Shown: piece by piece, positions 20,126 to 29,623 of the stretch
How the letters are laid out: every line of letters starts with the position of its first letter
Numbering within the stretch: position 1 is the first letter of the stretch
Source of the DNA: Thermoplasmatota archaeon
GTDB taxonomy: Archaea > Thermoplasmatota > Thermoplasmata > UBA10834
Assembly: GCA_040751795.1 (NCBI GenBank)
Contig: JBFMHR010000001.1
Location: forward strand, 352,001 to 416,000
Direction: 5' to 3'
Length of the DNA stretch: 64,000 bases
Notes under the pieces: model-generated
The model's input: the letters and a program-made list of their open reading frames with translations, nothing else
What the model was told of the DNA's origin: nothing
Databases searched by the model: none
Made by a program: the position numbers and the translations under genes

Positions 20126-21469
20126 TCAGCCGAGCTGCTTGCCCACGGCCTCGTCCAGGGCCGCCAGGAACTCCGCCTGCTTCTCCGCTGGGATGGTTGC
20201 GCCCGAGGCCACGGAATGGCCGCCGCCTATCCCCCCGACCCTCTCCGCGGACCTCTTGAGCGCGGAGGAGAGGTCCAGCCCCTTGGACACGAGGTACTTC
20301 GTCCCCCTGCTCGAGACCTTCACCTTCGCCCCCGCCTTCGAGAGGGCGATCGTGGGCTTGTTCTGGTCCAGTATGTACTGCATCGCGAGGCCGCACTGCG
20401 CCCCTGCCAGGGACGGGTCCGGCGCCTCGAAGTACTGGATGTGCTCCATCTGCTCGGCCCCGTCCTCCTCTATCGCCATGAGCCTCGCGAGTATCTTGGA
20501 GCCGTACTCCCTCCTCAGGCCGTTGGCCTCCTTCAGGGCCTCCCTGTCGCCGAGGCTCAGGGCGACCCCGAGGCCCTCGTGGTCCATCCTGCCGCAGGCG
20601 TTGAGGAGGTCCGCTAGGTCCGAGGCGCTGAGCTCCATCGAGGGTATCCACAGGACGTCCGAGACCAGCTCCTCGACCGTCTCGGGCCTGCACCCCTGGC
20701 CCATCAGGCGCAGGGAGAGCATCGACGTGAGCTTCCTCCTGTAGACCTCGTCCAGCGAGCCCATGGGCGACTTCGGGTTGATCTTGACAGAGTCGAGGAA
20801 CGCGACGACGTTCTCCTCCCTCCCCGACAGCCCGACGAAGTACGGGTCGACCGAGTTGGACAGGGTGTCGAGGACCGTGGTCCCCGTGAGGTTGAGGCCC
20901 CTCTGGACGGTGATGTGCTTCCTCTCGACGGCCTGCTCCAGGATCTGCTGGTTCAGGCCCTTCATCCCGCCCATGTGCTGCCTGTCGCCCACCACGCCCG
21001 CGAGGGCTATGGGCGAGAGGTCCCAGTTGGCCTGGTCCATGACCACCGACAGCAGGAGGCTCAGCGACGCCCCGCACGCCTCCGTCATGCCGTCCACGCC
21101 GTGGAAGTGCGGGTTGACCTGCAGTACCTTCCTCGACTTCCTTATGGGCTTGTGGTGGTCCAGCGCGACGACCTTCGCGTCCAGGGACTCCAGCCCGTCT
21201 ATCTGGCCCGAGCCCATGTCCAGGAAGAGCACGTTCCCGTTCCCCTCCTTGGCTATGCGCTCGACCGCCTCCGGCTCCAGCCCCCTGACCATGGATATGT
21301 GGAACTGCTTGCCCATGCGCCTCAGCGCGCCGGCCATGACCGAGGCCGCGGCGAGCCCGTCGGCGTCGTAGTGCGATATGACCCTGACGTTGTCCGCCTT
21401 GTCGATGGCCTTGGCCGCGTGCTTGACCGCGTCCGAGAAATCAGCCGGGAGTGCTATGCTCCCGTTCAT
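20126..21469 (-). CDS. DHH/DHHA1 family phosphoesterase (RecJ-like)
   Basis: HYDADG, DMG, DHH, GGGH motifs. Conserved archaeal position downstream of rps15. Confidence 0.9.
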   Translation of the reverse strand: MNGSIALPADFSDAVKHAAKAIDKADNVRVISHYDADGLAAASVMAGALRRMGKQFHISMVRGLEPEAVERIAKEGNGNVLFLDMGSGQIDGLESLDAKVVALDHHKPIRKSRKVLQVNPHFHGVDGMTEACGASLSLLLSVVMDQANWDLSPIALAGVVGDRQHMGGMKGLNQQILEQAVERKHITVQRGLNLTGTTVLDTLSNSVDPYFVGLSGREENVVAFLDSVKINPKSPMGSLDEVYRRKLTSMLSLRLMGQGCRPETVEELVSDVLWIPSMELSASDLADLLNACGRMDHEGLGVALSLGDREALKEANGLRREYGSKILARLMAIEEDGAEQMEHIQYFEAPDPSLAGAQCGLAMQYILDQNKPTIALSKAGAKVKVSSRGTKYLVSKGLDLSSALKRSAERVGGIGGGHSVASGATIPAEKQAEFLAALDEAVGKQLG

Positions 21470-21476
21470 CTCGGCC

Positions 21477-21932
21477 TCACTCGACCTCGAGCGCCGCGCT
21501 CGCCATGGAGTAGTTCCAGGTCTGGGGGATCAGGCCCTCCCTCTTGTAGTACTTGGTGAGCCTGCGGATCTTCGACTCCACCAGGTGCAGCCCGCGCGCG
21601 TTGTGGAGGTCCTTCGGGTTGGCGGTGACGTGCTTGTTGATCTCGACCGCCCTCTTCATGAGGTTGGACAGGTCGTCGGGGAGCTCGGGCTTGATGCCCT
21701 TCTCCTCGAGGATCTCCTTCATGCTCATGCCCGTCGCGAGCCTGACGTTCGGCACCGCGTGCTGGTCCCTGAGGATGAGGCCTATCATGGCCATGTTCTT
21801 GCCCTCGCCCGCCAGCTTGGCCGCGAGCTCCTTGACCTCCTCCGCGGACTGGGTGACCCACTCGGGGTTCTTGTCCACCAGGGGGCGCTTTGAGCCCGAC
21901 GAGCCCTTCCTGCTCGAATGCATCCTTGACAT
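21477..21932 (-). CDS. rps15: 30S ribosomal protein uS15 (S15P/S13e)
   Basis: MSRMHSSRKGSSGSKRP...ESKIRRLTKYYK. Confidence 0.97.
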   Translation of the reverse strand: MSRMHSSRKGSSGSKRPLVDKNPEWVTQSAEEVKELAAKLAGEGKNMAMIGLILRDQHAVPNVRLATGMSMKEILEEKGIKPELPDDLSNLMKRAVEINKHVTANPKDLHNARGLHLVESKIRRLTKYYKREGLIPQTWNYSMASAALEVE

Positions 21933-21947
21933 CGTACTCTGTCTCCG

Positions 21948-22361
21948 TTAGGGGTTTGACCTGTGGCGAGGCAGGCCGACTATATTCTTCCCTCTTTTAA
22001 AGCTTTCGACCGCATGCTTCGCCTGGACGAGCATCTCCCTGTACTCCACAAGGGGGAAGGAGAGCTCCTGCGGGAGCTCCGTGAACAGCCGGACCTCCGA
22101 GATCTCGGCCGAGGGGGAGGGGCTGCAGCAGCGGGAGTGCACCAGACCCACTATGACCTTGCCGCCCTCCACCTCCAGCGAACCTACGGGCTCCAGGGCC
22201 ATGCCCGTCTCCTCCGAGAACTCCCTCACGGCGGCCTGCTCGTGGGTCTCCCCCGGCTCGAGCCTACCGCCGGGCATCTCCCACGCGCGGGCGCGGTGAC
22301 GGACCATGACGAACGAGTCGCCCTCGAAGGCGATGGCGTACGCGAACTGCTCCGCGCTCAT
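21948..22361 (-). CDS. NUDIX hydrolase
   Basis: Nudix box GGRLEPGETHEQAAVREFSEETG. Confidence 0.9.
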   Translation of the reverse strand: MSAEQFAYAIAFEGDSFVMVRHRARAWEMPGGRLEPGETHEQAAVREFSEETGMALEPVGSLEVEGGKVIVGLVHSRCCSPSPSAEISEVRLFTELPQELSFPLVEYREMLVQAKHAVESFKRGKNIVGLPRHRSNP

Positions 22362-23029
22362 GGGCCCACCACGAAGGCGGCGTGGTCCTTCGCGTACTGC
22401 GATATGTCGACGGCCTCCCTGACCCTGAGCCCCTTGGAGGCCAGCTCCCGCCTCGTCTCGGCGTAGACGTCCCCGGGCTCCCTGTTGACGTCGACGCTCC
22501 GCGACTTGAGCATGAGGATGCCCCTCTCCACATCGAAGTGGCGCATGTTCCGGACGAACATCTCCGCCTGGTCCCTCTGGGCGATGTCCTGGTAGACGAG
22601 GTCCACGCCCTCGACCATGTGGGAGTAGTCCTCGGGCCGCGACGCGTCGGCCATGATCGGGATCATGTTCCTCCTCGACTCGCAGACGCCCACGAGGTCC
22701 CTGAAGGACCTCTGGGACACCTCTACGCAGTACACCATGCCCGACGAGGCTATGTCGGAGACGTGGGACGCGGTGGTGCCTGAGGCCGCCCCGAGGTACA
22801 GGACCCTGCTCGACCTGTCGAGGCCGAGGTCCCTGCCCCCCAGGAGGATGAGGGCCGCGAGCTTCGACCGCATCGGATCCCAGGAGCGGTACTGCGTCCC
22901 CGCGAACTCGACCAGGCGCTCACCGTAGACGTTCACGCCGAGGGCGGCGTTCACGGTCATGAGGGTGCGCCCGGTCGTGTAGACGTTGGGCGAACCATCG
23001 ACCTCCCTGAACGGGTTCACGGGCGCCAT
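22358..23029 (-). CDS. flpA: Fibrillarin-like rRNA/tRNA 2'-O-methyltransferase
   Basis: VYGE, WDPMRSKLAA, VLYLGAASGTT, YQDIAQ. Confidence 0.95.
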   Translation of the reverse strand: MAPVNPFREVDGSPNVYTTGRTLMTVNAALGVNVYGERLVEFAGTQYRSWDPMRSKLAALILLGGRDLGLDRSSRVLYLGAASGTTASHVSDIASSGMVYCVEVSQRSFRDLVGVCESRRNMIPIMADASRPEDYSHMVEGVDLVYQDIAQRDQAEMFVRNMRHFDVERGILMLKSRSVDVNREPGDVYAETRRELASKGLRVREAVDISQYAKDHAAFVVGP

Positions 23030-23091
23030 GCGGCATGGCCTATGGGATACCTGATAAAAGAGTTATATGCCGCAACCCATACGAACGGCCG

Positions 23092-23583
23092 ATGCCGGAG
23101 GAGGACGTCAAGGAGCAGATAAAATCCCTGGCGGAGAAGATGGACGGCCTAGAGGAGTCCATGAGGATGGTCTCCGGGCCCTACTCGCAGCTCCTCGAGT
23201 ACCTGGAGCGGTTCCAGAAGATATCGACGAGCTACTTCCGTCTCATAGACCTGTACCAGAAGTACGGCGAGATCTCCCCCGACCTCCTGATGCCCGGCGT
23301 CAAGGACCACATCTCCAGGGAGATAGTCAAGATCCTCTTCGAGAGGGACGGGCAGAACATAACGCAGATCACGGAGAAGCTCAAGGACAGGAGGGGCTCC
23401 GCGTCGAGGAGGATCGTGAGGGAGCGCCTCAAGGCGCTCAGGGAGAAGGGGGTCGTGACGGAGAAGGGGTCGGAGCGCTCGAGGGAGTACTGGCTAGCCG
23501 AGGGGTACGTGAGGAAGTGGTACGAGCTCCTGGGCATCGGCACCGGCGGCAAGGGAGGAGAGGGGCCCGAGGGGAAGTCCTGA
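23092..23583 (+). CDS. Winged-helix transcriptional regulator
   Basis: NITQITEKLK...ASRRIVRERLKALREKGVV wHTH-like pattern. Confidence 0.7.
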   Translation: MPEEDVKEQIKSLAEKMDGLEESMRMVSGPYSQLLEYLERFQKISTSYFRLIDLYQKYGEISPDLLMPGVKDHISREIVKILFERDGQNITQITEKLKDRRGSASRRIVRERLKALREKGVVTEKGSERSREYWLAEGYVRKWYELLGIGTGGKGGEGPEGKS

Positions 23584-23663
23584 GCGCCCTCGTGATATAT
23601 CCCTTTAGAGTGCACACAACCTCATTCGAATACTAGTTTATATATAGAATATGCGTTTATGCA

Positions 23664-24566
23664 ATGATTGTGTCTGAACGCATACTCATGGCCCTCCGCG
23701 ACGCGCTCATCACCAGGACCCCGCTTGAGGACCTGCCGGACGGGGTGTGGAGGAGGGCCGGCGCCCTCAACACCTGGGGCACGAACGCGATCGAGGGGAA
23801 CACCCTCACATGGCGAGACGTCCAGGCGCTCCTCATCGAGGAGAGGAGCGTCGGCGGGAGGCCGCTGGGGGACGTCCTCGAGACGGTCCAGCACGAGAGG
23901 GCCTTCCGCGGGCTCCTGCGCAGGAAGGCCTCGCCCATCAGGCTGGAGACGGCCCTCGAGCTGCACGAGGAGGTCTTCAGGGGCGTCAAGGCCGACGCCG
24001 GCCAGTGGAGGCGCGTCAACGTCCGCATCACCGGCGTGAGGCACGTCCCGACCAGGATGGAGAAGGTCGTCGGCGAGATGGAGGCCATGCTCAAGGAGTA
24101 CGGGCGCAGGGACGTGGCGGGGGAGGACCCCCTCGCCCTCGGCGCCTGGTTCCATCACGCGTTCGAATCGATACACCCCTTCAGCGACGGCAACGGCCGC
24201 GTGGGCAGGCTGCTCCTCAACCTCCACCTCCTGAGGCACAGCTGGCCCCCGGTGCACTTCCTGCCCCAGGACAGGGAGAGGTACCTCGACGCGATGGGGG
24301 CGGGGCACGAGGGCGACCTCTCCGGCCTCGTGCTGCAGGTGGAGGAGCTCATGGGCCGCTCCCTGCTCGACCTGCTGGACCAGGTCGGGACACCCGAGGA
24401 CGAGCTGAGGCCCCTGAAGAGGCTGGCTTCGAAGTCCGGCCACTCGGCGGAGTACCTCCGCCTCAGGGCGGGCCAGGGGAGGCTGCCGGCGCTGAAGAGG
24501 AACGGGGACTGGCACACGAGCGCCCGCGCCTTGGCGCTGTACCGGGAAGAGGTCGGGCGGGGCTGA
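23664..24566 (+). CDS. Fic family protein
   Basis: Canonical HPFSDGNGRVGR, TNAIEGN inhibitory-helix motif, C-terminal HTH-like segment. Confidence 0.92.
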   Translation: MIVSERILMALRDALITRTPLEDLPDGVWRRAGALNTWGTNAIEGNTLTWRDVQALLIEERSVGGRPLGDVLETVQHERAFRGLLRRKASPIRLETALELHEEVFRGVKADAGQWRRVNVRITGVRHVPTRMEKVVGEMEAMLKEYGRRDVAGEDPLALGAWFHHAFESIHPFSDGNGRVGRLLLNLHLLRHSWPPVHFLPQDRERYLDAMGAGHEGDLSGLVLQVEELMGRSLLDLLDQVGTPEDELRPLKRLASKSGHSAEYLRLRAGQGRLPALKRNGDWHTSARALALYREEVGRG

Positions 24567-24676
24567 GCCACGCCCCCGTGCGCGCCCGTCGGCCACTTTT
24601 TTCCACTTCCCTTAATAACGCGGACGGGGCTAGTGTGTGTCAGAAGGCCCGGGAAGGGCCGGGAACAGTGAGATGA

Positions 24677-25060
24677 ATGGGACACGACTACGATGACCCG
24701 GAGGAGCTGAAGCAGATACTGTCTGTCGTCTCGACCGAGATACCGAAGCTGATCGAGTCGATCACCAAGACGATGTACAACAAGGAGAACGCCGAGAACA
24801 TGGCGAAGGCCGTCGCCGAGTTCTACAAGTCGATGAAGGACGTCGGCATGAACGACTCCCAGGCGTTCGCCCTCACGAAGGAGTTCATGGCCAGCTTCAG
24901 CCTCGGCGGGATGCTGGGCAAGGCGTTCCAGGGCGCGGGCTCGCTGAGGGGCGACAGGGACGAGATAGACGACATGGTCGAGGAGAGCATCAGGGAGAAG
25001 ATCCGCGAGAAGGCGAGGGAGAGGAAGGAGAAGTCGCATGAGCACGACGACGATGACTGA
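24677..25060 (+). CDS. Hypothetical helical protein
   Basis: Host-like codon use, overlaps the next gene. Confidence 0.7.
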   Translation: MGHDYDDPEELKQILSVVSTEIPKLIESITKTMYNKENAENMAKAVAEFYKSMKDVGMNDSQAFALTKEFMASFSLGGMLGKAFQGAGSLRGDRDEIDDMVEESIREKIREKARERKEKSHEHDDDD

Positions 25061-25331
25061 TGCCAGGGACAGCAAGGAGAGGTCCGACATCCCCAGGATC
25101 GTCGCGATGGGCATCGCCTACGGCACCAGCGTCGGCCTCAGGGTCGGCTTCGACTACCTCAGGCTCAAGCGGAAGGCCAGGAAGGCCTCCGCGACGTTCG
25201 TCAGGGAGCTGGAGCGCGGGGGCGTCCCCCCGGAGCTCGCCAGGGAGCTGGGGGAGGAGTACGGCTCCGAGGTCCGCGTCCGCAGCATAATGGACATGGT
25301 CGGGGGCGGGTTCTCCAAGTGGCTCCCGTAG
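25053..25331 (+). CDS. Hypothetical protein
   Basis: ATG 25053 overlaps the upstream gene end. F...L...G...A..L...Y pattern resembles the upstream gene. Confidence 0.65.
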   Translation: MTDARDSKERSDIPRIVAMGIAYGTSVGLRVGFDYLRLKRKARKASATFVRELERGGVPPELARELGEEYGSEVRVRSIMDMVGGGFSKWLP

Positions 25332-25376
25332 CGATAGCCTCGCCGGGCAATTAATATAGCCATCACGCCCGATACG

Positions 25377-26156
25377 ATGGCCGTGAAGGCCGAGCTGAAC
25401 GCGATAGCGGACGAGGTGATGCGGAGGTACCGGGAGCTCCCCAAGGACTTCGCGGGGCACATACCCGTGGGGAGGGGGGCGAGCGGCTCCAACACCTCCA
25501 AGATCGACAAGTTCGCCGAGGACGCGGTCCTGGCGCTCTTGGACGAGAGGGGCACCGACCTGAACGTCCTGAGCGAGGAGGCCGGGTTCGTCGACAGGGG
25601 CGGGAAGAGGACCCTGGTCCTGGACCCCATCGACGGCACCCTGAACTGCGTCAGGGGCATCCCCTTCTTCTCGATATCCATGGCCGTGTGCTCTAAGAGC
25701 ATGGCCGACGCGGAGGCCGCCCTGGTGAAGAACCTCTACTCGGGCGACACCTACTACGCCCGCAGGGGCGGCGGGGCGGAGCTGAACGGCCACAGGATAG
25801 GCGTCTCGAAGTACAGCAGGGACGACTCCGTCTTCCTCATGTTCGACGGGAGGGACGTCGCCCCGGAGACGGAGAAGGTCAAAGCCCTGGCCACCAGGGT
25901 CAGGACCATGGGGTGCGCCTCGCTCGAGATGTGCCTGGTGGCCCAGGGCTCGGCCCAGGCGCACTACATGAACTGCACCAACCGCTCGAGGATGATCAGG
26001 ATCGTGGACATAGCCGCCTCGTGCCTCATACTGCGCGAGGCGGGAGGGGAGGTCGTGGACCTCCAGGGCGGGAAGCTGGACATGGGGCTCTCCCTGGACG
26101 ACAGGAAGAACTTCCTCGCGTACGGCGACCCGAAGGTCAAGGAGCTGGTCCTATGA
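25377..26156 (+). CDS. Inositol monophosphatase / NADP phosphatase family
   Basis: SEE, DPIDGT, DIAA motifs. Coupled to NAD kinase. Confidence 0.88.
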   Translation: MAVKAELNAIADEVMRRYRELPKDFAGHIPVGRGASGSNTSKIDKFAEDAVLALLDERGTDLNVLSEEAGFVDRGGKRTLVLDPIDGTLNCVRGIPFFSISMAVCSKSMADAEAALVKNLYSGDTYYARRGGGAELNGHRIGVSKYSRDDSVFLMFDGRDVAPETEKVKALATRVRTMGCASLEMCLVAQGSAQAHYMNCTNRSRMIRIVDIAASCLILREAGGEVVDLQGGKLDMGLSLDDRKNFLAYGDPKVKELVL

Positions 26157-26980
26157 GGATAGGCGTGGCGGGAACCCCGGAGCTGAAGAACTTCAGGAAG
26201 GTCGCGCAGAAGGTCCTGCAGGAGCTGGAGGACGAGGACCTCGTGTTCGAGGAACGCACGGGCGAGGCGCTCGGCCTGGACGGGGTGCCGTTGAACAAGC
26301 TGAAGGCCGACGTTCTGGTGAGCATCGGCGGCGACGGCACCATACTCAGGAACATCCAGGCCACGTCGATACCGATACTCGGCGTCAACGCCGGAGTCCT
26401 CGGCTTCCTCACCGAGGTGCAGCCCGACGAGATCAAGGAGTCCATCGCGCAGCTCCTCAGGGGCGACTACAAGGTCGAGAGGAGGCTCAGGCTCAAGGTC
26501 GTCGTGGACGGCAAGAGGCTCAAGGACGCCACCAACGAGGCGGTGGTGCACACGGCCCACGTGGCCAAGATGAGGCACTTCGTCGTATCGATAGACCACA
26601 AGCCCGCGACGGACATGCGGGCGGACGGCATCATAGTCGCCACCCCCACGGGCACCACGTGCTACGCCATGAGCGTGGGATCGTCCATCATAGACCCGCG
26701 GGTGGAGGCGCTGGTGATAGCCCCCATAGCGCCCTTCAGGCTCTCCTCGAGGCCGCTGGTCGTCCCGGCCAAGAGCTCCATATCCGTCACGCTCCACGAG
26801 CCGAAGGAGTGCGTCATGGTGGTGGACGGCCAGGAGGAGGTCTTCCTGGACGGGGACGAGGAGATCGTCTTCTCCGCATCGGAGAAGAAGGCGCGGTTCG
26901 TCATACTCAAGAGCGAGTTCTACAAGAACCTCGAGGAGAAGCTGATGGCCTCCTCGCCCATGATAGGGCACAGGCACTGA
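26153..26980 (+). CDS. nadK: NAD(+) kinase
   Basis: GGDGT, NE, DGIIVATPTGTTCY motifs. Start ATG 26153. Confidence 0.92.
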   Translation: MRIGVAGTPELKNFRKVAQKVLQELEDEDLVFEERTGEALGLDGVPLNKLKADVLVSIGGDGTILRNIQATSIPILGVNAGVLGFLTEVQPDEIKESIAQLLRGDYKVERRLRLKVVVDGKRLKDATNEAVVHTAHVAKMRHFVVSIDHKPATDMRADGIIVATPTGTTCYAMSVGSSIIDPRVEALVIAPIAPFRLSSRPLVVPAKSSISVTLHEPKECVMVVDGQEEVFLDGDEEIVFSASEKKARFVILKSEFYKNLEEKLMASSPMIGHRH

Positions 26981-26997
26981 GGTCGGAAGGGTCAGGG

Positions 26998-27528
26998 ATG
27001 CCGGCGGTTGCAGTAGGCGCGATGAGGATCGACTACCCGAAGCGGTGGTTCGCGATAGGCTCGGCCGTCGACGCCGCGGCCATGGCGGCCATGCTCTGGA
27101 TGGCCTACGGGTCGATAGAGGACTTCTCGAGGTACTTCTGGACCGCGTGCGCCCTCCTTGTCTGCGTCCCCATACTCCTGGTGCTGGTCCCTCCCCTGTT
27201 CACGGCCCACCACATCGGCGAGAAGGGCCTCAGGCTAAGGATGGGCCTGCTCATGAACACGACCATCCCCTACAGGTACATCGCCGGCATCAGCGGCTCC
27301 AACGTGAACTACGGCCCCTTCACCGTCGGCATAGGCGTCAAGTACGTCCCCAAGAAGGGCACGGTGTTCGTGACATCGTCCTTCACGGGCCTCGTGGCCC
27401 TGCAGTTCCACGGGCCCCAGCAGCTCGGGGGCGTCCTGAGGCCCATGGTCACCCAGGTCGTCCTGAGCGTCAGGGACAGGGACGGGTTCGTCGCCCTCGT
27501 GAGGGACAGGGCCGGGCTGGAGGGGTGA
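26998..27528 (+). CDS. Membrane protein (2 TM plus PH-like beta domain)
   Basis: C-terminal part of ORF 26659..27528. Two hydrophobic helices, in operon. Confidence 0.6.
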   Translation: MPAVAVGAMRIDYPKRWFAIGSAVDAAAMAAMLWMAYGSIEDFSRYFWTACALLVCVPILLVLVPPLFTAHHIGEKGLRLRMGLLMNTTIPYRYIAGISGSNVNYGPFTVGIGVKYVPKKGTVFVTSSFTGLVALQFHGPQQLGGVLRPMVTQVVLSVRDRDGFVALVRDRAGLEG

Positions 27529-27530
27529 GG

Positions 27531-27929
27531 GTGCCCCTCTTCGACTTCACCAGGGGCATGGAGCCCGTCAGGGCCATCAGGAGGCGCACCCTGAAGATGA
27601 TCCTGGAGGCGTCCAAGTCGCAGTACCCCAACGAGTTCGCGGCGATGCTCAAGGCGGACAAGGGCGTCATCAAGGAGCTCTGGCTCCTGCCTGGGACCGA
27701 GTCGGGCGAGACATCCGCGCTCTTCAGGCTGCACATGATGCCGTCTGAGCCGAAGGTCGTGGGGACCGTGCACTCGCACCCCTCTCCCAGCTGCAGGCCC
27801 TCCGACGCCGACCTAGACCTCTTCAACAGGTTCGGGTACTGCCACATCATCGTGTGCGAGCCCTTCGGCATGAGGAGCTGGGCCTGCTACGACGGGCACG
27901 GGGAGCGCAGGAAGCTCGAAGTGGTCTGA
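27531..27929 (+). CDS. JAMM/MPN+ metalloprotease
   Basis: YPNE...HSHPSPSCRPSDAD motif. Confidence 0.9.
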   Translation: MPLFDFTRGMEPVRAIRRRTLKMILEASKSQYPNEFAAMLKADKGVIKELWLLPGTESGETSALFRLHMMPSEPKVVGTVHSHPSPSCRPSDADLDLFNRFGYCHIIVCEPFGMRSWACYDGHGERRKLEVV

Positions 27930-27948
27930 GGGAGCGCACAGAAAAAGC

Positions 27949-28020
27949 TGCAGCCCCCGGACGGATTATTGCCGGGCGCACCATTCCGGTGCCCACTATA
28001 CCGTCCGGGACTTACCTGCA
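27949..28020 (-). ncRNA. Candidate structured ncRNA, copy 1 (72 nt)
   Basis: Nested stems TGCAG/CTGCA, CCCGGACGG/CCGTCCGGG, GGG(CG)CACC/GGTGCCC. Minus-strand TATA-like TTTTTAT at 28043-28049 and T-run after the 3' end. Confidence 0.55.
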
Positions 28021-28166
28021 TGTGTCCAAGACACGGCGGAGGATAAAAAGATATCCCGCAGATGTAGCCCCGACCGAGGCACAATCGACTCCCTGCCGCT
28101 GGCAGATTGGATCTCCCCTGACTCCCGACGGAGCGCGGCATGAGGGGACTGAGATCAGGGACGAAA

Positions 28167-28238
28167 TGCAGACCCCGGACGGAGTTTTAGATGGGTACAC
28201 CATTCCGGTGCCCGCTATACCGCCGGGACTTACCTGCA
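28167..28238 (-). ncRNA. Candidate structured ncRNA, copy 2 (72 nt)
   Basis: Diverged direct repeat of copy 1 with the same stems. TATA-like TATTTAT at 28261-28267 at identical spacing. Confidence 0.55.
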
Positions 28239-28299
28239 CTTGCCCGAGGTGACGCGGCGGATAAATATGTATCTCACGGACGTAGCTGAGGCTCCCCCT

Positions 28300-29538
28300 C
28301 TACGGTCCGGGCCCTGACTTACCTCGGGACCGGGTCAGAACCACCGCCAGGACCACGGCTATGACGATGACTATGGCCACCGCCGCAATGGCCGGCACGC
28401 TCAGGCCGAACACAATCTCCTCGCTGCGCTCCACCGACAATGACACGCCCCCGACGGTCACGGCCCCGTCGCTGTCCTTGAGCTCGTAGGTGATGTCCAG
28501 ATGGTCCGGGTCCTCGAATGCCCTGGTCACGGTCTTGTCCGGCGACCAGTCCGTGTCCCATGTCCCGTCGGACTCCCAGTCCCATCTGACCATCACGTCC
28601 TCGGGGCGGTCCTCGACGTCGCAGCAGTTGAGCAGCTCGATCGTCACGACGTTGGACGGGGAGCTCTCCCTGGTGATGAAGTTGCCGTGGTCGATCGGCG
28701 GCGTGTTGACGTAGGCGTCGTTCCCCTCGACGGTGAAGGACGCGATGCCCGCGAACGGGGATATGGGCGTGTAGACGACGTAGTCCCCGTCTGGGTACCC
28801 CGAGGCGTTCAGGGCCTTGGGCTCGAAGACGACCACCTCGCCAGGGGAGACGGGCTTGATCGAGGATATGAGGACCGTGTCCATCGGCTTGAATGTGCAG
28901 CCGTTCTCCCTGACTACGACCATGTGCCAGAAGTCCTCGACCGAGCCCACGATGCTGACCTCAGTGTCCCTGTTGTTCGTCAGGACGCACGAGACCTCGT
29001 ACATGAGCGGCGAGGTCTCCTCCACGGTGACATCGAGGCTCACGCCTTCCCACTCGGCCATTTCCACGAGGCGGAAGGTCTCGGGCATCAGGCCAACCAT
29101 GGAGTTGAGCTTGAACACGACGGACCGGTTGACCGCGGATCCGACCGCACTGAGCTCGAGCACGGGCGGGGTCGAGTTGGTGCTGCGAGCGTCAGGGTAC
29201 TCGTCGACCATGGTCCAGAACCCCTCAGCCTCCATGGAGGCCAGGACGTCTTCGAAGAGTCCTGTCTCGGTCTGGATCCACTCCGAGTAGTTCAGAGGGA
29301 AGTAGGTCGGGTCCTTGCTGCCGACGTGGACGAAGGCCGACCCGTTCGGGTACAGGGTCGTGCCCCAGCAGACGGCGGCGGAGCCGTTGAGGTAGTGCTC
29401 CGCGCCGCTCAACGACAATATATCCACCTCCGGCGACGACATTGGTACAGCTGCGCGGTCTGCAGACGGCTGAGAAACCATGGAGGCGACCAGCATCAGC
29501 ACGGACAGTGCGAGCAAGGACAGTACCACTCGGGACAC
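28300..29538 (-). CDS. Secreted, membrane-anchored protein with PKD-like domain
   Basis: Signal peptide, RWDWESDGTWDTDWS PKD motif, C-terminal TM anchor. Confidence 0.75.
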   Translation of the reverse strand: MSRVVLSLLALSVLMLVASMVSQPSADRAAVPMSSPEVDILSLSGAEHYLNGSAAVCWGTTLYPNGSAFVHVGSKDPTYFPLNYSEWIQTETGLFEDVLASMEAEGFWTMVDEYPDARSTNSTPPVLELSAVGSAVNRSVVFKLNSMVGLMPETFRLVEMAEWEGVSLDVTVEETSPLMYEVSCVLTNNRDTEVSIVGSVEDFWHMVVVRENGCTFKPMDTVLISSIKPVSPGEVVVFEPKALNASGYPDGDYVVYTPISPFAGIASFTVEGNDAYVNTPPIDHGNFITRESSPSNVVTIELLNCCDVEDRPEDVMVRWDWESDGTWDTDWSPDKTVTRAFEDPDHLDITYELKDSDGAVTVGGVSLSVERSEEIVFGLSVPAIAAVAIVIVIAVVLAVVLTRSRGKSGPGP

Positions 29539-29623
29539 GGCATTTCCCCCGGATGTGAATCCCGCCGGGACGATATGAACCCTTGCGCCCCCTCCGCGAG
29601 ACGGACGGTGATGCGCTGGCCGT

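Noticed and set aside
28010-28018. ACTTACCTG in both ncRNA-like repeats equals the U1 snRNA 5' end (CAG/GTAAGT splice donor on the minus strand)
   Set aside because: Only 9 nt, no other U1 features and no spliceosome in archaea. Treated as coincidence, though invariant in both copies.
27949-28238. Repeats as CRISPR array, H/ACA or C/D guide RNAs
   Set aside because: Only two long units, no spacer periodicity, no cas genes, and no K-turn, C/D boxes or correctly placed ACA.
27887-28239. Short minus-strand ORFs beginning MQVSPG in both repeats
   Set aside because: A 1-nt indel shifts the frame between copies while base pairing is preserved, which favours RNA-level constraint. Leaderless peptides are not fully excluded.
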